Of a stretch of DNA of 64,000 bases, positions 37,968-48,168 are shown piece by piece. The translations under genes and the position numbers were made by a program. Under the pieces are notes generated by a model, which had not been told where the DNA came from, did no database searches, and saw nothing but the letters and a program-made list of their open reading frames with translations. Source of the stretch: an uncultured Candidatus Saccharibacteria bacterium (GTDB lineage Bacteria; Patescibacteriota; Saccharimonadia; Saccharimonadales; Saccharimonadaceae); contig CAUQDN010000001.1 of NCBI GenBank assembly GCA_963517285.1, forward strand, positions 108,205 to 172,204. Reading direction: 5' to 3'. The stretch's first letter is position 1. The number at the start of each line of letters is the position of its first letter.

Positions 37968-38876
37968 ATGGAAAATCTAATCATTATTGTTCTGCTCGTC
38001 ATTGCAGCAGAAACAACGTACCTATCGGTGCACCTACTTAAAAAAGATCGTAAAACTGCGCTGGCACCTGTTTTTGTCGATACGTCAGTGCTTATTGACG
38101 GGCGCATTATTGCAATTGCTGAATCCGGCTTTTTAACCCGTCCGCTTTATATCCCACGAAGCGTTGTAGGTGAACTTCAATTTCTAGCTGATAATGCTGA
38201 TTCTGAAAAGCGTACCCGTGCACGTCATGGACTTGATATTATCAACCAGCTTCAATCAATCCCATTAATTAAGACAGTTATCTTTCCTGATGGCGTAAAA
38301 GCCGACGAAGGGGTCGACAACCGCCTTCTGACGCTTGCAAAGAAGCATAGTGGCGCACTGTGTACGATTGATTACAACCTCAACAAAGTTGCGGTAGTAG
38401 AGGGGATTGAAGTTCTTAACGTAAATGAACTAGCCAAGTCACTCCGCATGGCGTACCTTCCTGGTGAGCGTGGATTGATCGAATTAACCCAAAAAGGTAA
38501 TGATCAGCACCAAGCGGTTGGTCACCTTGAAGACGGAACCATGGTCGTAGTTGAGCATGCGTACAAACAAATCGGCAGTATTGTCGAAGTAGAATTTATT
38601 AGAAGCTTACAGACCGCTGCGGGTAAGATGATGTTCGCTAAGCTTACCCAATCTCAGCCGAAACATAAGACTCAAACCCCAATCGGTAAGAAAAACCAAC
38701 CGAAGGTTAAGGGCACCGCACCGGTAGTGCAAAAGGTCGAAAAGCCAGCTACACCCCAAAAAGCGACGCCTCCTAAAAGTAAGAAGTCGGCACCTAATCA
38801 AACCAATCAAAACCGTCGCACCAACCGTCGGCCTCGCAGCGCAGAAGACAATCTCGTAGAACTAGCGAACAAGTAA
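37968..38876 (+). CDS. PIN/TRAM-domain protein (YacL-like) with basic low-complexity tail
   Basis: VDTSVLIDGRI, T.DYNLNKVA, GHLEDGTMVVVE, LQTAAGKMMFA; AAGGAG SD. Confidence 0.88.
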   Translation: MENLIIIVLLVIAAETTYLSVHLLKKDRKTALAPVFVDTSVLIDGRIIAIAESGFLTRPLYIPRSVVGELQFLADNADSEKRTRARHGLDIINQLQSIPLIKTVIFPDGVKADEGVDNRLLTLAKKHSGALCTIDYNLNKVAVVEGIEVLNVNELAKSLRMAYLPGERGLIELTQKGNDQHQAVGHLEDGTMVVVEHAYKQIGSIVEVEFIRSLQTAAGKMMFAKLTQSQPKHKTQTPIGKKNQPKVKGTAPVVQKVEKPATPQKATPPKSKKSAPNQTNQNRRTNRRPRSAEDNLVELANK

Positions 38877-38890
38877 ATTTGTATATATGA

Positions 38891-38916
38891 AAATAGCACC
38901 CAGCTGGGTGCTATTT
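38891..38916. terminator. Bidirectional terminator
   Basis: Perfect palindrome AAATAGCACCCAGCTGGGTGCTATTT between convergent genes. Confidence 0.75.
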
Positions 38917-38932
38917 ATTTTTACTAACGAGA

Positions 38933-41533
38933 TTAGCCTGACGCTGATGCGGTATAGAAGCCCTGGTCGGTTACCGTGATATTGAACTTACCTTGGGGGT
39001 TATCTGGACCATTATACGTAGCACGGTACTGGTTACCGCCTTGAGGGGTTACGGTAACGGAAGTGCCATTTACGGTCACATTGACAGCTGACGGGTCTAG
39101 GTCGAAGGTCCCTTTAGTAACAGTAAAGGTTACACTATTGCCGTTTACGTTAACGCCTGTAATGTTTGGTCGGGCGTCGTCACACTTGTGGCGATCATCC
39201 TCTTCATTCGCGTTGTAGCCTTCAGGAACGTTTGCGTACGAATCCTTCTTCGTTACCGGATCGGTAGTCTTGAGGACATCTAGGACGGTCTTAGCGCCTT
39301 CTGGGGTACAAGAGTTCGCTTTCTTACGAGATACTTTGTCGAATGTAAGTTTGAAGTTAGCTTGGCCTTGTGTCTTGCTCCACCATGATGGATATACTTC
39401 TTTACCAACGCGTTGGATACCATTTGGCTGTGTGAACCATTGGTTAGCGGTATATTTACCATCACCAGCGTAAATGTCGTGAGCGGCTTTCATGGTACTT
39501 GCGACAATTGGACTACCGAGTGACGAAGTACCCTTCTTAAGAATGGTGGTATCCGGGTTACCGAGCCAAACACCCATAGTTAGTACTGGACTGTAACTCA
39601 TCATCCAAAGGTCTTTCGCGTTTCCACCCTTGTCAGATGTACCGGTCTTAGTTGCAGTCTTCACGCCTGGAATGTTTTTAGCAGCGAAATTACCGAGAGA
39701 AGCGCTAGCTGCGGAATCGCTCAGAATGTCGGCGACAATGTAAGCAGATTGTTGGTCGATGATTTGTTTGCCTTCGCTATCTGCCCATTTCTTAAGCACT
39801 TCACCGGCGCTGTTCTTAACTTCAAGAACGCTTGCTTGATCTTTGTATACACCCATGCGTGCAAGTGAGGCGTAAGCGTTCACGAGGTCGATCTGTTTCA
39901 CGCCACATCCACCAATGGCTGACGCAAGGCCGGCTTGCTTATCGGCACCAACGGTACAGTAGCTCGTTGCACCCATTGAGTGAACTTCTTTAAGCGTATC
40001 TTCTACACCCGCAATGTACATAGCCTTTACTGCAGGGACGTTACGAGAAGTGGCGAGGCTTGTACGGATAGAAACAGAGCCACGGTACGTACGGTCGGCG
40101 TTTTGGAGCTTTGCGCCGTAGATTGAGTCGATAGGTTCGTCAACAAGGATACTACCACTTCCGTAGTTTTGTTGGCCTTCTGGTTTTTGTTGGAATAGCT
40201 GTGCGTAGACAAGGCTCTTGATGGTTGAACCTGGTTGAATGTAAGCGGTTGCGGCATTGTCTTGACCAAAGCCTTCATAGTTAAAGTCGCGACTACCCAC
40301 CATGGCAACAATTTGTCCGGTTTGGGTATCTTCGACTGTCGCAGCACCGTTACTGAAGCCGGCGTCGGCTGGTACGTAAGAATCAAACATGCTTGCCATC
40401 GATTTTTCAAGTTCAGTCTGGATGCGAAGGTCAAGGCTTGTTTTAACAGTGAGACCGCCTCGGCCAACGGTCGCCTTGCCAAGCTCTTGCTCAAGCTCTG
40501 AGCGAACCATCAGTACGAAATGAGGTGCCTTAATGTTTTCATATTGGTTCACTTGAGGCTGCAGACTATCAAGGATAGGTACTTTGACTGCCTCGTCATA
40601 CTCCTGCTGATTAATATACCCAACCTCTTTCATTGACGTCAGAACTTTGTGCTGGCGAGCAATAAGGGCTTCGTGACCACCTACGTTATAGGGGTCGTAA
40701 AGACTAGGATTGTTAGGAATCGCTGCAAGAAGGGCTGCTTCAGCAAGAGAAAGGTCTTTTGCTGACTTACCAAAGTAGGTTTGAGCACCTGACTCGGCAC
40801 CATTGCGGCGACCACCGTATGGCGATTCGTTAAGGTACAGTGTTAGAATTTGATCTTTGTCGTACATGCGCTCAATTTCAATAGCGAGAATGAGCTCTTT
40901 AATCTTACGAGGGATACCACCGAAGCCACGATCACCCGCTTCATCGGCGAAGAATACTTGTTTGACGAGCTGTTGGGTCAAGGTTGAACCACCCTGTACG
41001 TCACCACCGGTGAAGTTATTAATGGCAGCACGAGTGGTACCAGTAAGACTTACACCGCTGTGACTAAAGAAGTCGCGGTCCTCAATAGCTACGGTTGCCT
41101 TTTTTAGGTTTTCATTAAGGTTTTCGCTTTTAACAACCAACTTATAGTCGCCGTCACCCTTGTCTTCCCAGAGCAGTTCGCCATTACGATCGAGGTATTT
41201 AGTAACAGTACTCTGAACGCGCTTATCGATTTCGCCTGGACGAATTTGGTCAAGGTCTTTACGGAAGTACGCGAATAATCCACCTACAAAGAGTGCGAGC
41301 AAAAGAACTGCGACACCGGTAATTTTGAGCGCCATAATACCACCCCGCTTACTAAACCAGTATGCCCATAGGCGTTTTGGGTGCATACGGTAAATAAATC
41401 GCTTTACCGGGTGCTTAGGAAGGGTGGCAAGATACTCAGCACGACGTCGTGCCTCTGCGTCCTTCTTAACTTTGCGCTTTTGCGACAAATTCGAATACAA
41501 ACTAATCTTGCGGTCTGGTTTTTTGTTACTCAC
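38933..41533 (-). CDS. Class A penicillin-binding protein (transglycosylase/transpeptidase)
   Basis: EDRDFFSH.G, GGSTLTQQLVK, RKIKE, STIK (SxxK), SRN, KTG. Confidence 0.93.
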   Translation of the reverse strand: MSNKKPDRKISLYSNLSQKRKVKKDAEARRRAEYLATLPKHPVKRFIYRMHPKRLWAYWFSKRGGIMALKITGVAVLLLALFVGGLFAYFRKDLDQIRPGEIDKRVQSTVTKYLDRNGELLWEDKGDGDYKLVVKSENLNENLKKATVAIEDRDFFSHSGVSLTGTTRAAINNFTGGDVQGGSTLTQQLVKQVFFADEAGDRGFGGIPRKIKELILAIEIERMYDKDQILTLYLNESPYGGRRNGAESGAQTYFGKSAKDLSLAEAALLAAIPNNPSLYDPYNVGGHEALIARQHKVLTSMKEVGYINQQEYDEAVKVPILDSLQPQVNQYENIKAPHFVLMVRSELEQELGKATVGRGGLTVKTSLDLRIQTELEKSMASMFDSYVPADAGFSNGAATVEDTQTGQIVAMVGSRDFNYEGFGQDNAATAYIQPGSTIKSLVYAQLFQQKPEGQQNYGSGSILVDEPIDSIYGAKLQNADRTYRGSVSIRTSLATSRNVPAVKAMYIAGVEDTLKEVHSMGATSYCTVGADKQAGLASAIGGCGVKQIDLVNAYASLARMGVYKDQASVLEVKNSAGEVLKKWADSEGKQIIDQQSAYIVADILSDSAASASLGNFAAKNIPGVKTATKTGTSDKGGNAKDLWMMSYSPVLTMGVWLGNPDTTILKKGTSSLGSPIVASTMKAAHDIYAGDGKYTANQWFTQPNGIQRVGKEVYPSWWSKTQGQANFKLTFDKVSRKKANSCTPEGAKTVLDVLKTTDPVTKKDSYANVPEGYNANEEDDRHKCDDARPNITGVNVNGNSVTFTVTKGTFDLDPSAVNVTVNGTSVTVTPQGGNQYRATYNGPDNPQGKFNITVTDQGFYTASASG

Positions 41534-41622
41534 CTTAACTCAATTCTCATAAGCAATTTACTGTTCCCATTATATCACTCATTTTCAATGTGCAAGTTGT
41601 ATTTGTACGCTAAAATAATAGT

Positions 41623-43653
41623 ATGAATCTTTCGACGTCACTCGAAAAAATAAAAGGAGTGGGTGAGAAAACTGCTGAACAATTTGGGGCGGCAGGTCTT
41701 TTTTCTGTGGGCGACTTAATTACCTTTTTACCACGAGCGTATGAAGATTATTCGCATGTAACACGTATCGCTGACATTAAACCTGGCAAAGTAACAGTTA
41801 AAGCTCGCTGTGAAAAAGTTGAGACTCGACCAGTGCGCCGTGGCATGAAAGTGACTACTGCTACCTTGGTTGATGATTCCGGTAAAATCCAAGCCGTATG
41901 GTTTAACCAGCCGTACCGTTCCGCTCAGTTAGCGGGTGGTGCTGAGTATTTCTTTTCAGGTGAATTCGAATACAGCTACAATCGCTATCAGTTGACGAAC
42001 CCAAGTGCTGAAAAGGGAAGTGATCTTCCGGTTGAGGCCGATAAAGTAGTACCTATCTATCGCTCTATATCGGGTTTGAAAACGGCACTTGTACGTAAAA
42101 TATTAGCCGAACTTCGTCCGCTCGTGACGATGCTCCCCGAAACATTACCAGCGAGCGTAGTGAAAGACGAGAAATTACTCAGTCGCAGTGATGCTATTGC
42201 TGGCATGCATTTCCCCGAGACACATGAACAAGCCGACGCAGCGCGTGAGCGGCTCGCGTTTGAAGAGTTATTCCAGCTTCTCCTTGCAAGTCAATTAAAT
42301 AAGCAGGAAAACGCTAAGCTTGAAGGTTGGCATATTCCGTTTAATCAACAGGTTGTGAAAGAATTTGTAGCCGGGTTGCCCTTTGCGCTGACAAACGCTC
42401 AGCGAATCGCTGCCTGGGATATTTTTAAAGATTTTGAAAACTCTGTGCCAATGAACCGTCTTTTACAAGGAGATGTTGGTGCGGGTAAAACAGTCGTTGC
42501 CGGTATAGCGGCGCGTCAAGCGGCGCATGAGGGCTATCAAACGGCAGTAATGGCGCCAACTGAAATCTTGGCTAGTCAACATGCTGAAACGCTCAGTCGC
42601 TTACTTGAACCCTTTGGCGTAAAGGTTGGGTTGCTTACGGGAAGTGTGAAAGGTAAGGCACGGCAAGCACTCTATAAAGCGATCCACGACGGTGATGTTG
42701 ATGTGGTTGTTGGTACGCATGCGCTTATCCAATCGACAGTTACATTTCATAAGCTCGGGTTTGTGGTTATTGATGAACAGCACCGTTTTGGCGTCGCTCA
42801 GCGTCAAGAGCTATTAAAGAAGTCTGCAAAGATGCCACACCTACTCGCTATGACTGCGACGCCTATTCCGCGAAGCTTGGCTTTGACGGTGTATGGCGAG
42901 CTCGACATCTCCATTCTTAACGAAAAGCCAGCCAATCGAAAAGATATTATTACTAAAATTTGGTCACCAAATAGCCGCGCGCAGTTATACGAACTTATTG
43001 ACGAGCAGGTGCAACAAGGCCGCCAGGCGTATGTGATATGTAATCTCATCGATAGCAACCCCTCGAATGACCTAAAGAGCGTTCAAGCAGAATATAAACG
43101 ATTGCAAAACTCTGTCTTCAAACATCGTAAAATTGGCTTACTTCACGGTAAGCTCGCGCCTGATGAAAAAGATGCAGTGATGAAAGAATTTTCAGCGGGT
43201 ACGATAGATATCTTGGTCAGTACAACAGTTGTTGAGGTGGGTGTAGATGTGCCGAATGCAACAATTATGCTGATTGAAGATGGTGATCGTTTTGGACTAG
43301 CTCAGCTCCACCAGCTTCGTGGAAGGGTGGGGCGAAGTGAGCACCAAAGCTATTGTTATATTGTGCCAAGCGATTCGAAAAAGCCCTCACAACGCTTAAA
43401 AGAAATCGAAAAAAGCAACGACGGGTTTTATCTAGCGGAAGTTGATCTTAAACTCCGAGGCCCGGGTGAGATTTATGGACGAGCCCAGCACGGATCGCTT
43501 AATTTACAGGTTGCGACGCTTGGAGACACGAAACTTATCGCCAGGGCTCAAGCGGCAGCCAAACGGTTCGTTGCTTCAAAGGAAAATCTGCTACACTATA
43601 CAGAGTTAGCACGCCAAGTTGAAACCTATCAACGGTTGACCACTTTAAACTAA
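41623..43653 (+). CDS. recG: ATP-dependent DNA helicase RecG
   Basis: QGDVGAGKT, DEQHRFG, QLHQLRGRVGR, RGPGE. Confidence 0.97.
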   Translation: MNLSTSLEKIKGVGEKTAEQFGAAGLFSVGDLITFLPRAYEDYSHVTRIADIKPGKVTVKARCEKVETRPVRRGMKVTTATLVDDSGKIQAVWFNQPYRSAQLAGGAEYFFSGEFEYSYNRYQLTNPSAEKGSDLPVEADKVVPIYRSISGLKTALVRKILAELRPLVTMLPETLPASVVKDEKLLSRSDAIAGMHFPETHEQADAARERLAFEELFQLLLASQLNKQENAKLEGWHIPFNQQVVKEFVAGLPFALTNAQRIAAWDIFKDFENSVPMNRLLQGDVGAGKTVVAGIAARQAAHEGYQTAVMAPTEILASQHAETLSRLLEPFGVKVGLLTGSVKGKARQALYKAIHDGDVDVVVGTHALIQSTVTFHKLGFVVIDEQHRFGVAQRQELLKKSAKMPHLLAMTATPIPRSLALTVYGELDISILNEKPANRKDIITKIWSPNSRAQLYELIDEQVQQGRQAYVICNLIDSNPSNDLKSVQAEYKRLQNSVFKHRKIGLLHGKLAPDEKDAVMKEFSAGTIDILVSTTVVEVGVDVPNATIMLIEDGDRFGLAQLHQLRGRVGRSEHQSYCYIVPSDSKKPSQRLKEIEKSNDGFYLAEVDLKLRGPGEIYGRAQHGSLNLQVATLGDTKLIARAQAAAKRFVASKENLLHYTELARQVETYQRLTTLN

Positions 43654-43659
43654 AACACT

Positions 43660-44466
43660 ATGTATTCAGGAACAACATTTCATCACCAGTCAGGTAACGT
43701 TATGGGCGCTCACCAGCGCATTGACCGCGTTGCTAAACGTCATCTGGTTCATCGTATCGGTCACTCGATGTTTTTCCCATCTATTAAGACAATCCTTCAT
43801 TTTGAAGGGAAAAATGGCCCAGATGGTATTAAAAGTAAAAGCCCGTCTCAAGATGAGCCCTGGCACTACATTAACCCTGAAGCGGGACGAGATGACCCGT
43901 TAATTGGCCTTATCACCGATCATATGTATAACCTTCACGAAGCGATCCAGAAGGAAGATGAAGTACGGGCTGGTTTTGAGGCGGCTTGGTTAGCTCATGC
44001 TATTGTTGACGGCTTAACGCCGGCTCACCACTTTCCATTTGCTGAAAAGATTGAAGAATTGTGGGGCAAACCCCATACCGAACGAAAGACGACAAAAGAT
44101 AAAATTATGATTACTGGCCACAGCCACCGTGATACGCTCTCTAAAAACTGGCAGTATTGGGGTGCTCGTGGGGTCTTTACGGCGCACTTTATGTACGAGT
44201 GGGGAGTGTCAAGCTCGATGGCAGTCGGTTCATTTAAAGACATTGGTCTTAGTGATAAAGATTTTGAACGGATTGAAAAGGAAGGCTATGTACCCTACTT
44301 CCTTGAGTCGGTTAAGGCCGCCGATGATCTCGGCACCTATCAAGAGTTTATGAAAACGGGTTGGTCGGCATATCTTGCTCGCGTCACTCGTAATGACCTT
44401 GCGCCACTTATTATGAAAAATGTCTGTTTAGCTTGGTACGCAGCAACAAAGGGTATTGTCAAATAA
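43660..44466 (+). CDS. Hypothetical protein, probable zinc-dependent phospholipase C/P1-nuclease superfamily
   Basis: Spaced ligand pattern: AHQRI, GPD, WHY, AHAIVDGLTPAHH, AHFMYE. Confidence 0.55.
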   Translation: MYSGTTFHHQSGNVMGAHQRIDRVAKRHLVHRIGHSMFFPSIKTILHFEGKNGPDGIKSKSPSQDEPWHYINPEAGRDDPLIGLITDHMYNLHEAIQKEDEVRAGFEAAWLAHAIVDGLTPAHHFPFAEKIEELWGKPHTERKTTKDKIMITGHSHRDTLSKNWQYWGARGVFTAHFMYEWGVSSSMAVGSFKDIGLSDKDFERIEKEGYVPYFLESVKAADDLGTYQEFMKTGWSAYLARVTRNDLAPLIMKNVCLAWYAATKGIVK

Positions 44467-45008
44467 TGAACATTCGTCTTATCTCAGGCCAATTCGGTGG
44501 ACGAATTCTTGAAGGTTCGGGAACGAATAGAACTCATCCAATGAGCGAGCGGATTCGCAGTTCTTTATTTAACATTATCGGTTCGGAGATTGAAGGAGCT
44601 GAAGTACTGGATGCATTTGCTGGCAGCGGTTCGCTTGGGCTCGAATCGATTAGTCGGGGTGCTAAGCATGCGACATTTATTGAACGTGATCGTGTAGCGC
44701 AAAACGTCATAACAAATAACTTCAAGACACTTGGCTTAGAAAAAAATGTGAAATTAATTAAAGCGCCGGTTGCAAGCTGGCTAGAGACAACTGAACAGAG
44801 GTTTGACATCATCTTTGCAGACCCTCCATTTCACGATCCGCAGTTATCCACAGCGATGAAATTAATTAGGCTATTGAAACCCAATGGGCTTATGGTATTA
44901 TCGTATCTAGGTAGAGGTGAGGTTCCCACCGATTTAGGAGTTGTTGTGGTGGACAATCGTAGATACGGAGATGCGGTGCTAAGCTTTTACCGAAAAGAGA
45001 ACGTCTAG
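44466..45008 (+). CDS. rsmD: 16S rRNA m2G966 methyltransferase RsmD
   Basis: IRSSLFN, LDAFAGSGSLGLE.ISRGA, FADPPF, YGD. Confidence 0.9.
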   Translation: MNIRLISGQFGGRILEGSGTNRTHPMSERIRSSLFNIIGSEIEGAEVLDAFAGSGSLGLESISRGAKHATFIERDRVAQNVITNNFKTLGLEKNVKLIKAPVASWLETTEQRFDIIFADPPFHDPQLSTAMKLIRLLKPNGLMVLSYLGRGEVPTDLGVVVVDNRRYGDAVLSFYRKENV

Positions 45009-45021
45009 GCGTTCTCTTTTC
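44992..45021 (+). terminator. Terminator hairpin at the rsmD end
   Basis: GAAAAGAGAACG-tctagg-CGTTCTCTTTTC. Confidence 0.65.
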
Positions 45022-45035
45022 TTTATTACGTCAAT

Positions 45036-45063
45036 AAAAAACGGCCCTGAGACGGGTCGTTTT
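45036..45063 (-). terminator. Terminator downstream of tRNA-Leu(TAG)
   Basis: AAAACGGCCC-tgagac-GGGTCGTTTT flanked by A/T runs. Confidence 0.6.
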
Positions 45064-45073
45064 ACATTCAATT

Positions 45074-45158
45074 TGGTGCGGATGAAAGGACTTGAACCTT
45101 CACGCCTTGCGGCACTAGCTCCTAAGGCTAGCGTGTCTACCAATTCCACCACATCCGC
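45074..45158 (-). tRNA. tRNA-Leu (anticodon TAG)
   Basis: GCGGATG acceptor, D-loop TGGTAG, CTAGC-CTTAGGA-GCTAG anticodon arm, long variable arm, GGTTCAAGTCC, encoded CCA. Confidence 0.95.
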
Positions 45159-45288
45159 ATGTAGCTAGAACTTAAAGAATTATAGCAGAGATTGTAGCAA
45201 AAATCACCCCTTAATTTATGCCAAATTATCCTTAAACTCAGTCCCGCTTGTGCTATTATATAAGCAAGCAGAAAAAGGATGAGGGGAA

Positions 45289-46890
45289 ATGAATAAGATT
45301 GCCGTGTATTTGAATCAGCACCTTCTCGGTGAGGTAACAAGTGCTAAGTCGCTTCGAAAACTGTACGCAACCGACGGAAGCGTATTAACTATCGATCCAG
45401 AAATCATTGCCTTTCCTCGGGTTACAAACGACATTCGTAAGATCGCTCGTTTTACCTGGCAGCTTGCCGAAAAAGGCCATAAGGTCGGTATGACCGTCCG
45501 CGGCTTTGGTGGTGACGCTACCGGAGCTTCAATCGGTAAGGGTATTATTATTGACACCTCAAAACAGCTCAATACAATTATCGAAGTTGCAGTAAAAGAC
45601 AAACTTATTCACGTCCAACCTGGCGTGTCTCTGTCTCAAGTAGAAGAAGCGCTTCGTTGGCAGGGCCTGACGGTTCCTGGTGCGTTTCATCGTGGCATGC
45701 GCCGTATTTCAGTTGGCGCGGCGATTGCTAACGACAGCCTTGGCGTAAATGGCAGTGTTTCGGATTCCATTAAGCGCCTCGAAGTCGTGCTTGCTAATGG
45801 TGACGTTATTGAAACGGGCCGTATGAGCAAGCGTGATATTAGTAAAAAGCTCGGGCTTCAAACGTTTGAAGGTGAAATTTACCGCAAACTCGAAGGCCTT
45901 CTTGAGGATAATGAAGAACTTATTAAAAAAATTGCCGCCGATACAGTACGTGACAATACTGGATATAAGCGCATCGCCGAGGTCAAGGAAAAAGATGGTT
46001 CGTTTGACCTTACACCTCTCTTTATCGGCAGCCAAGGGACCCTCGGCATTATTTCAGAAGCTGTTCTTAAAGCCGACTTTCTGTCTTTAAATGAAATTCA
46101 CGCCGTCATTACCACCGACTCGGTGCATGCGGCGCGCGACCTGAGTGAGCAAATCGTTGAATTGCAGCCAGCCGAGCTTACGGTTATCGACGGTGAACTA
46201 CTTCGTCGGGCGGCGGCTAATGGTTCGCAGTTCCCAATTGTTGGTGCGGTTGAGCAGCTCGGTGCTGTTACGTACGTTCGATTTAACGACTTTAACGAAC
46301 GTCATCAGCAGAAAAAGCTTAAAAAGCTTCACAAACTCCTTTCGAAAGAAAAGGTTGGCTTCGTTGATTCGACGAACCGTGAACCCGAAGATTTCCGTTC
46401 AATTACCGTCATCAGCCAAATCCTTCAACTCGGTGCTAACGACGGTGCGGTGGCTATTCCGATCATTAATGGCGCTTCAGTTCCAAGCAATCGCTGCGAA
46501 GAATTCGAGACGGCCCTTAAAGAACTGGCCGCAAAGCACCATATCGAGCTCCCTACCGAGTTTAATGTACTGACCTGTACTTATACGGTCTATCCGCTTT
46601 TGAAACTTGACTCAGTGAGCGACAAACAGAAGCTCTTTAAGCTCCTTACCGACTATGCAGTATTAATCGATCGTTGTGGCGGCGCCTTTACGGCAGACGG
46701 AGCAGAAGGCCGTGTAAAAGCGAATGCTGCGTGGGCGGTACTCGACGAAGATCATGCTAAGCTTTACGAGCAAGTTCGAGCTATCTTCGACCCATTCGGA
46801 ACACTCAACCCAGGTGTCAAGCAGCCAGGCGAGCTCCGTACGCTTGTAGCGTCTCTCCGCTCAAGCTACGACAGTGCAAGTGTGCTATAA
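45289..46890 (+). CDS. FAD-binding oxidoreductase (GlcD/D-lactate dehydrogenase-like, divergent)
   Basis: YATDGS, VRGFGG, VQPGV, LFIGSQGTLGII, FDPFGTLNPG. Confidence 0.8.
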   Translation: MNKIAVYLNQHLLGEVTSAKSLRKLYATDGSVLTIDPEIIAFPRVTNDIRKIARFTWQLAEKGHKVGMTVRGFGGDATGASIGKGIIIDTSKQLNTIIEVAVKDKLIHVQPGVSLSQVEEALRWQGLTVPGAFHRGMRRISVGAAIANDSLGVNGSVSDSIKRLEVVLANGDVIETGRMSKRDISKKLGLQTFEGEIYRKLEGLLEDNEELIKKIAADTVRDNTGYKRIAEVKEKDGSFDLTPLFIGSQGTLGIISEAVLKADFLSLNEIHAVITTDSVHAARDLSEQIVELQPAELTVIDGELLRRAAANGSQFPIVGAVEQLGAVTYVRFNDFNERHQQKKLKKLHKLLSKEKVGFVDSTNREPEDFRSITVISQILQLGANDGAVAIPIINGASVPSNRCEEFETALKELAAKHHIELPTEFNVLTCTYTVYPLLKLDSVSDKQKLFKLLTDYAVLIDRCGGAFTADGAEGRVKANAAWAVLDEDHAKLYEQVRAIFDPFGTLNPGVKQPGELRTLVASLRSSYDSASVL

Positions 46891-46928
46891 TTTCACATTG
46901 TAAGCTTCGGTCGAGCCGAGGCGCATAC

Positions 46929-47015
46929 GCGGATATGGCGAAATTGGTAGACGCGCTAGCTTCAGGTGCTAGTGTCAGCAATGACATGGAGGTTCAAGTC
47001 CTCTTATCCGCACCA
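46929..47015 (+). tRNA. tRNA-Leu (anticodon CAG)
   Basis: GCGGATA acceptor, CTAGC-TTCAGGT-GCTAG anticodon arm, long variable arm, GGTTCAAGTCC, encoded CCA. Confidence 0.95.
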
Positions 47016-47026
47016 ATGAGATGATT

Positions 47027-47056
47027 AAAATCAGGTAACTATAGTACCTGATTTTT
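47027..47056. terminator. Bidirectional terminator between tRNA-Leu(CAG) and the pilin gene
   Basis: AAAATCAGGTA-actatag-TACCTGATTTTT. Confidence 0.7.
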
Positions 47057-47060
47057 TATA

Positions 47061-48089
47061 TTAATTTACGAATGTTTTTAATTCGAAGTCATCAAACCGA
47101 AGTGACCCAGGTGTACCAGATACTACACCATTGCGTAGACCATAATAATTTCCAGCTGGTCGATCAGAAGCCGAGTCGGTGTATTGGAATAGTTGAGTAC
47201 CGTTTCGGAGGACGGTTACGCGTGTGGCGCCAGATAGGGTTTCAGTTCTTAAGGTTACTAAGTCGCCATTTGCTACAGTTCCGTTGCTACTCTCTCCTAA
47301 AGGATCGTTAGCCGACCCATAAAGCCATAGATGTCCATTCTCGCCACTTACCTCTACTACGTAGAATTTTGTAGTATTTTCAGCTCGAGCAATCAAGCCT
47401 GGGTAGTGACCATTGACCATACCAGAGAAACGTGCAGAAACCTCGGTAGCGGGTTCGGTAGCTGCGATGGCGACAAGATTACCATCGCCATTTGTTGAAG
47501 CGTACGCTTGATTACTTGAGATGCCCCATGTTCCATTTAAGCTTGTCCATGCTTGTCCTGTTTGCGCCGATCCAATATTATTAGTCGAGTTTGATCGGTT
47601 GAAGTTGTCTGATACGAGAACTACGGGTTGAGGGATTACTGGAGGAGTGTAGCCGGGTTGTTCACCGGTACCACTTGGGTCTGCATTACCGTCACCGATA
47701 ACCGTACCAACAATATGCGCCCCAGGACAATTTCCTTCCTTTAATCCAGCGACACTGTCAAAGTAATACTTAACCGAGGGAGAGCCAGCATAGGCGCCAT
47801 TAATACAGTATGAAGATCCACTTGCAGGTGTAGCAAGACTGAGGCCTACTTTAGGGCTGGTTTTGACTGTGCTCGGGAAACCTGTAACGGAAGCTGAATT
47901 ACTTCGATTAATTTCTACTGCGATCGCAGTAGCAGCTGAGCGTAGGTCACTTTGAACCGAAGCCGAAATGGCACTTTTTTGGACACCATTGTAAGAGACA
48001 ATAATGATAGAGGCGAGAATTGCAATTACAACTACTACAACGAGTAGTTCGACGATAGTGAAGGCTCGACTATTTCGTAATGTTTGCAT
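47061..48089 (-). CDS. Type IV pilin-like protein with Pro-rich linker and C-terminal beta-sandwich (lectin-like) domain
   Basis: A|FTIVELLVVVVVIAILA, YC...C pilin disulfide, PGYTPPVIPQP linker, SDNFNR...W...GTW...FDDF. Confidence 0.85.
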   Translation of the reverse strand: MQTLRNSRAFTIVELLVVVVVIAILASIIIVSYNGVQKSAISASVQSDLRSAATAIAVEINRSNSASVTGFPSTVKTSPKVGLSLATPASGSSYCINGAYAGSPSVKYYFDSVAGLKEGNCPGAHIVGTVIGDGNADPSGTGEQPGYTPPVIPQPVVLVSDNFNRSNSTNNIGSAQTGQAWTSLNGTWGISSNQAYASTNGDGNLVAIAATEPATEVSARFSGMVNGHYPGLIARAENTTKFYVVEVSGENGHLWLYGSANDPLGESSNGTVANGDLVTLRTETLSGATRVTVLRNGTQLFQYTDSASDRPAGNYYGLRNGVVSGTPGSLRFDDFELKTFVN

Positions 48090-48168
48090 AAGCGTTTTCT
48101 GAAGTATACCACTATGTATAAAACACTGGCAATTATTTTTTTATAAGGTTTTCCACTACACTATAACT

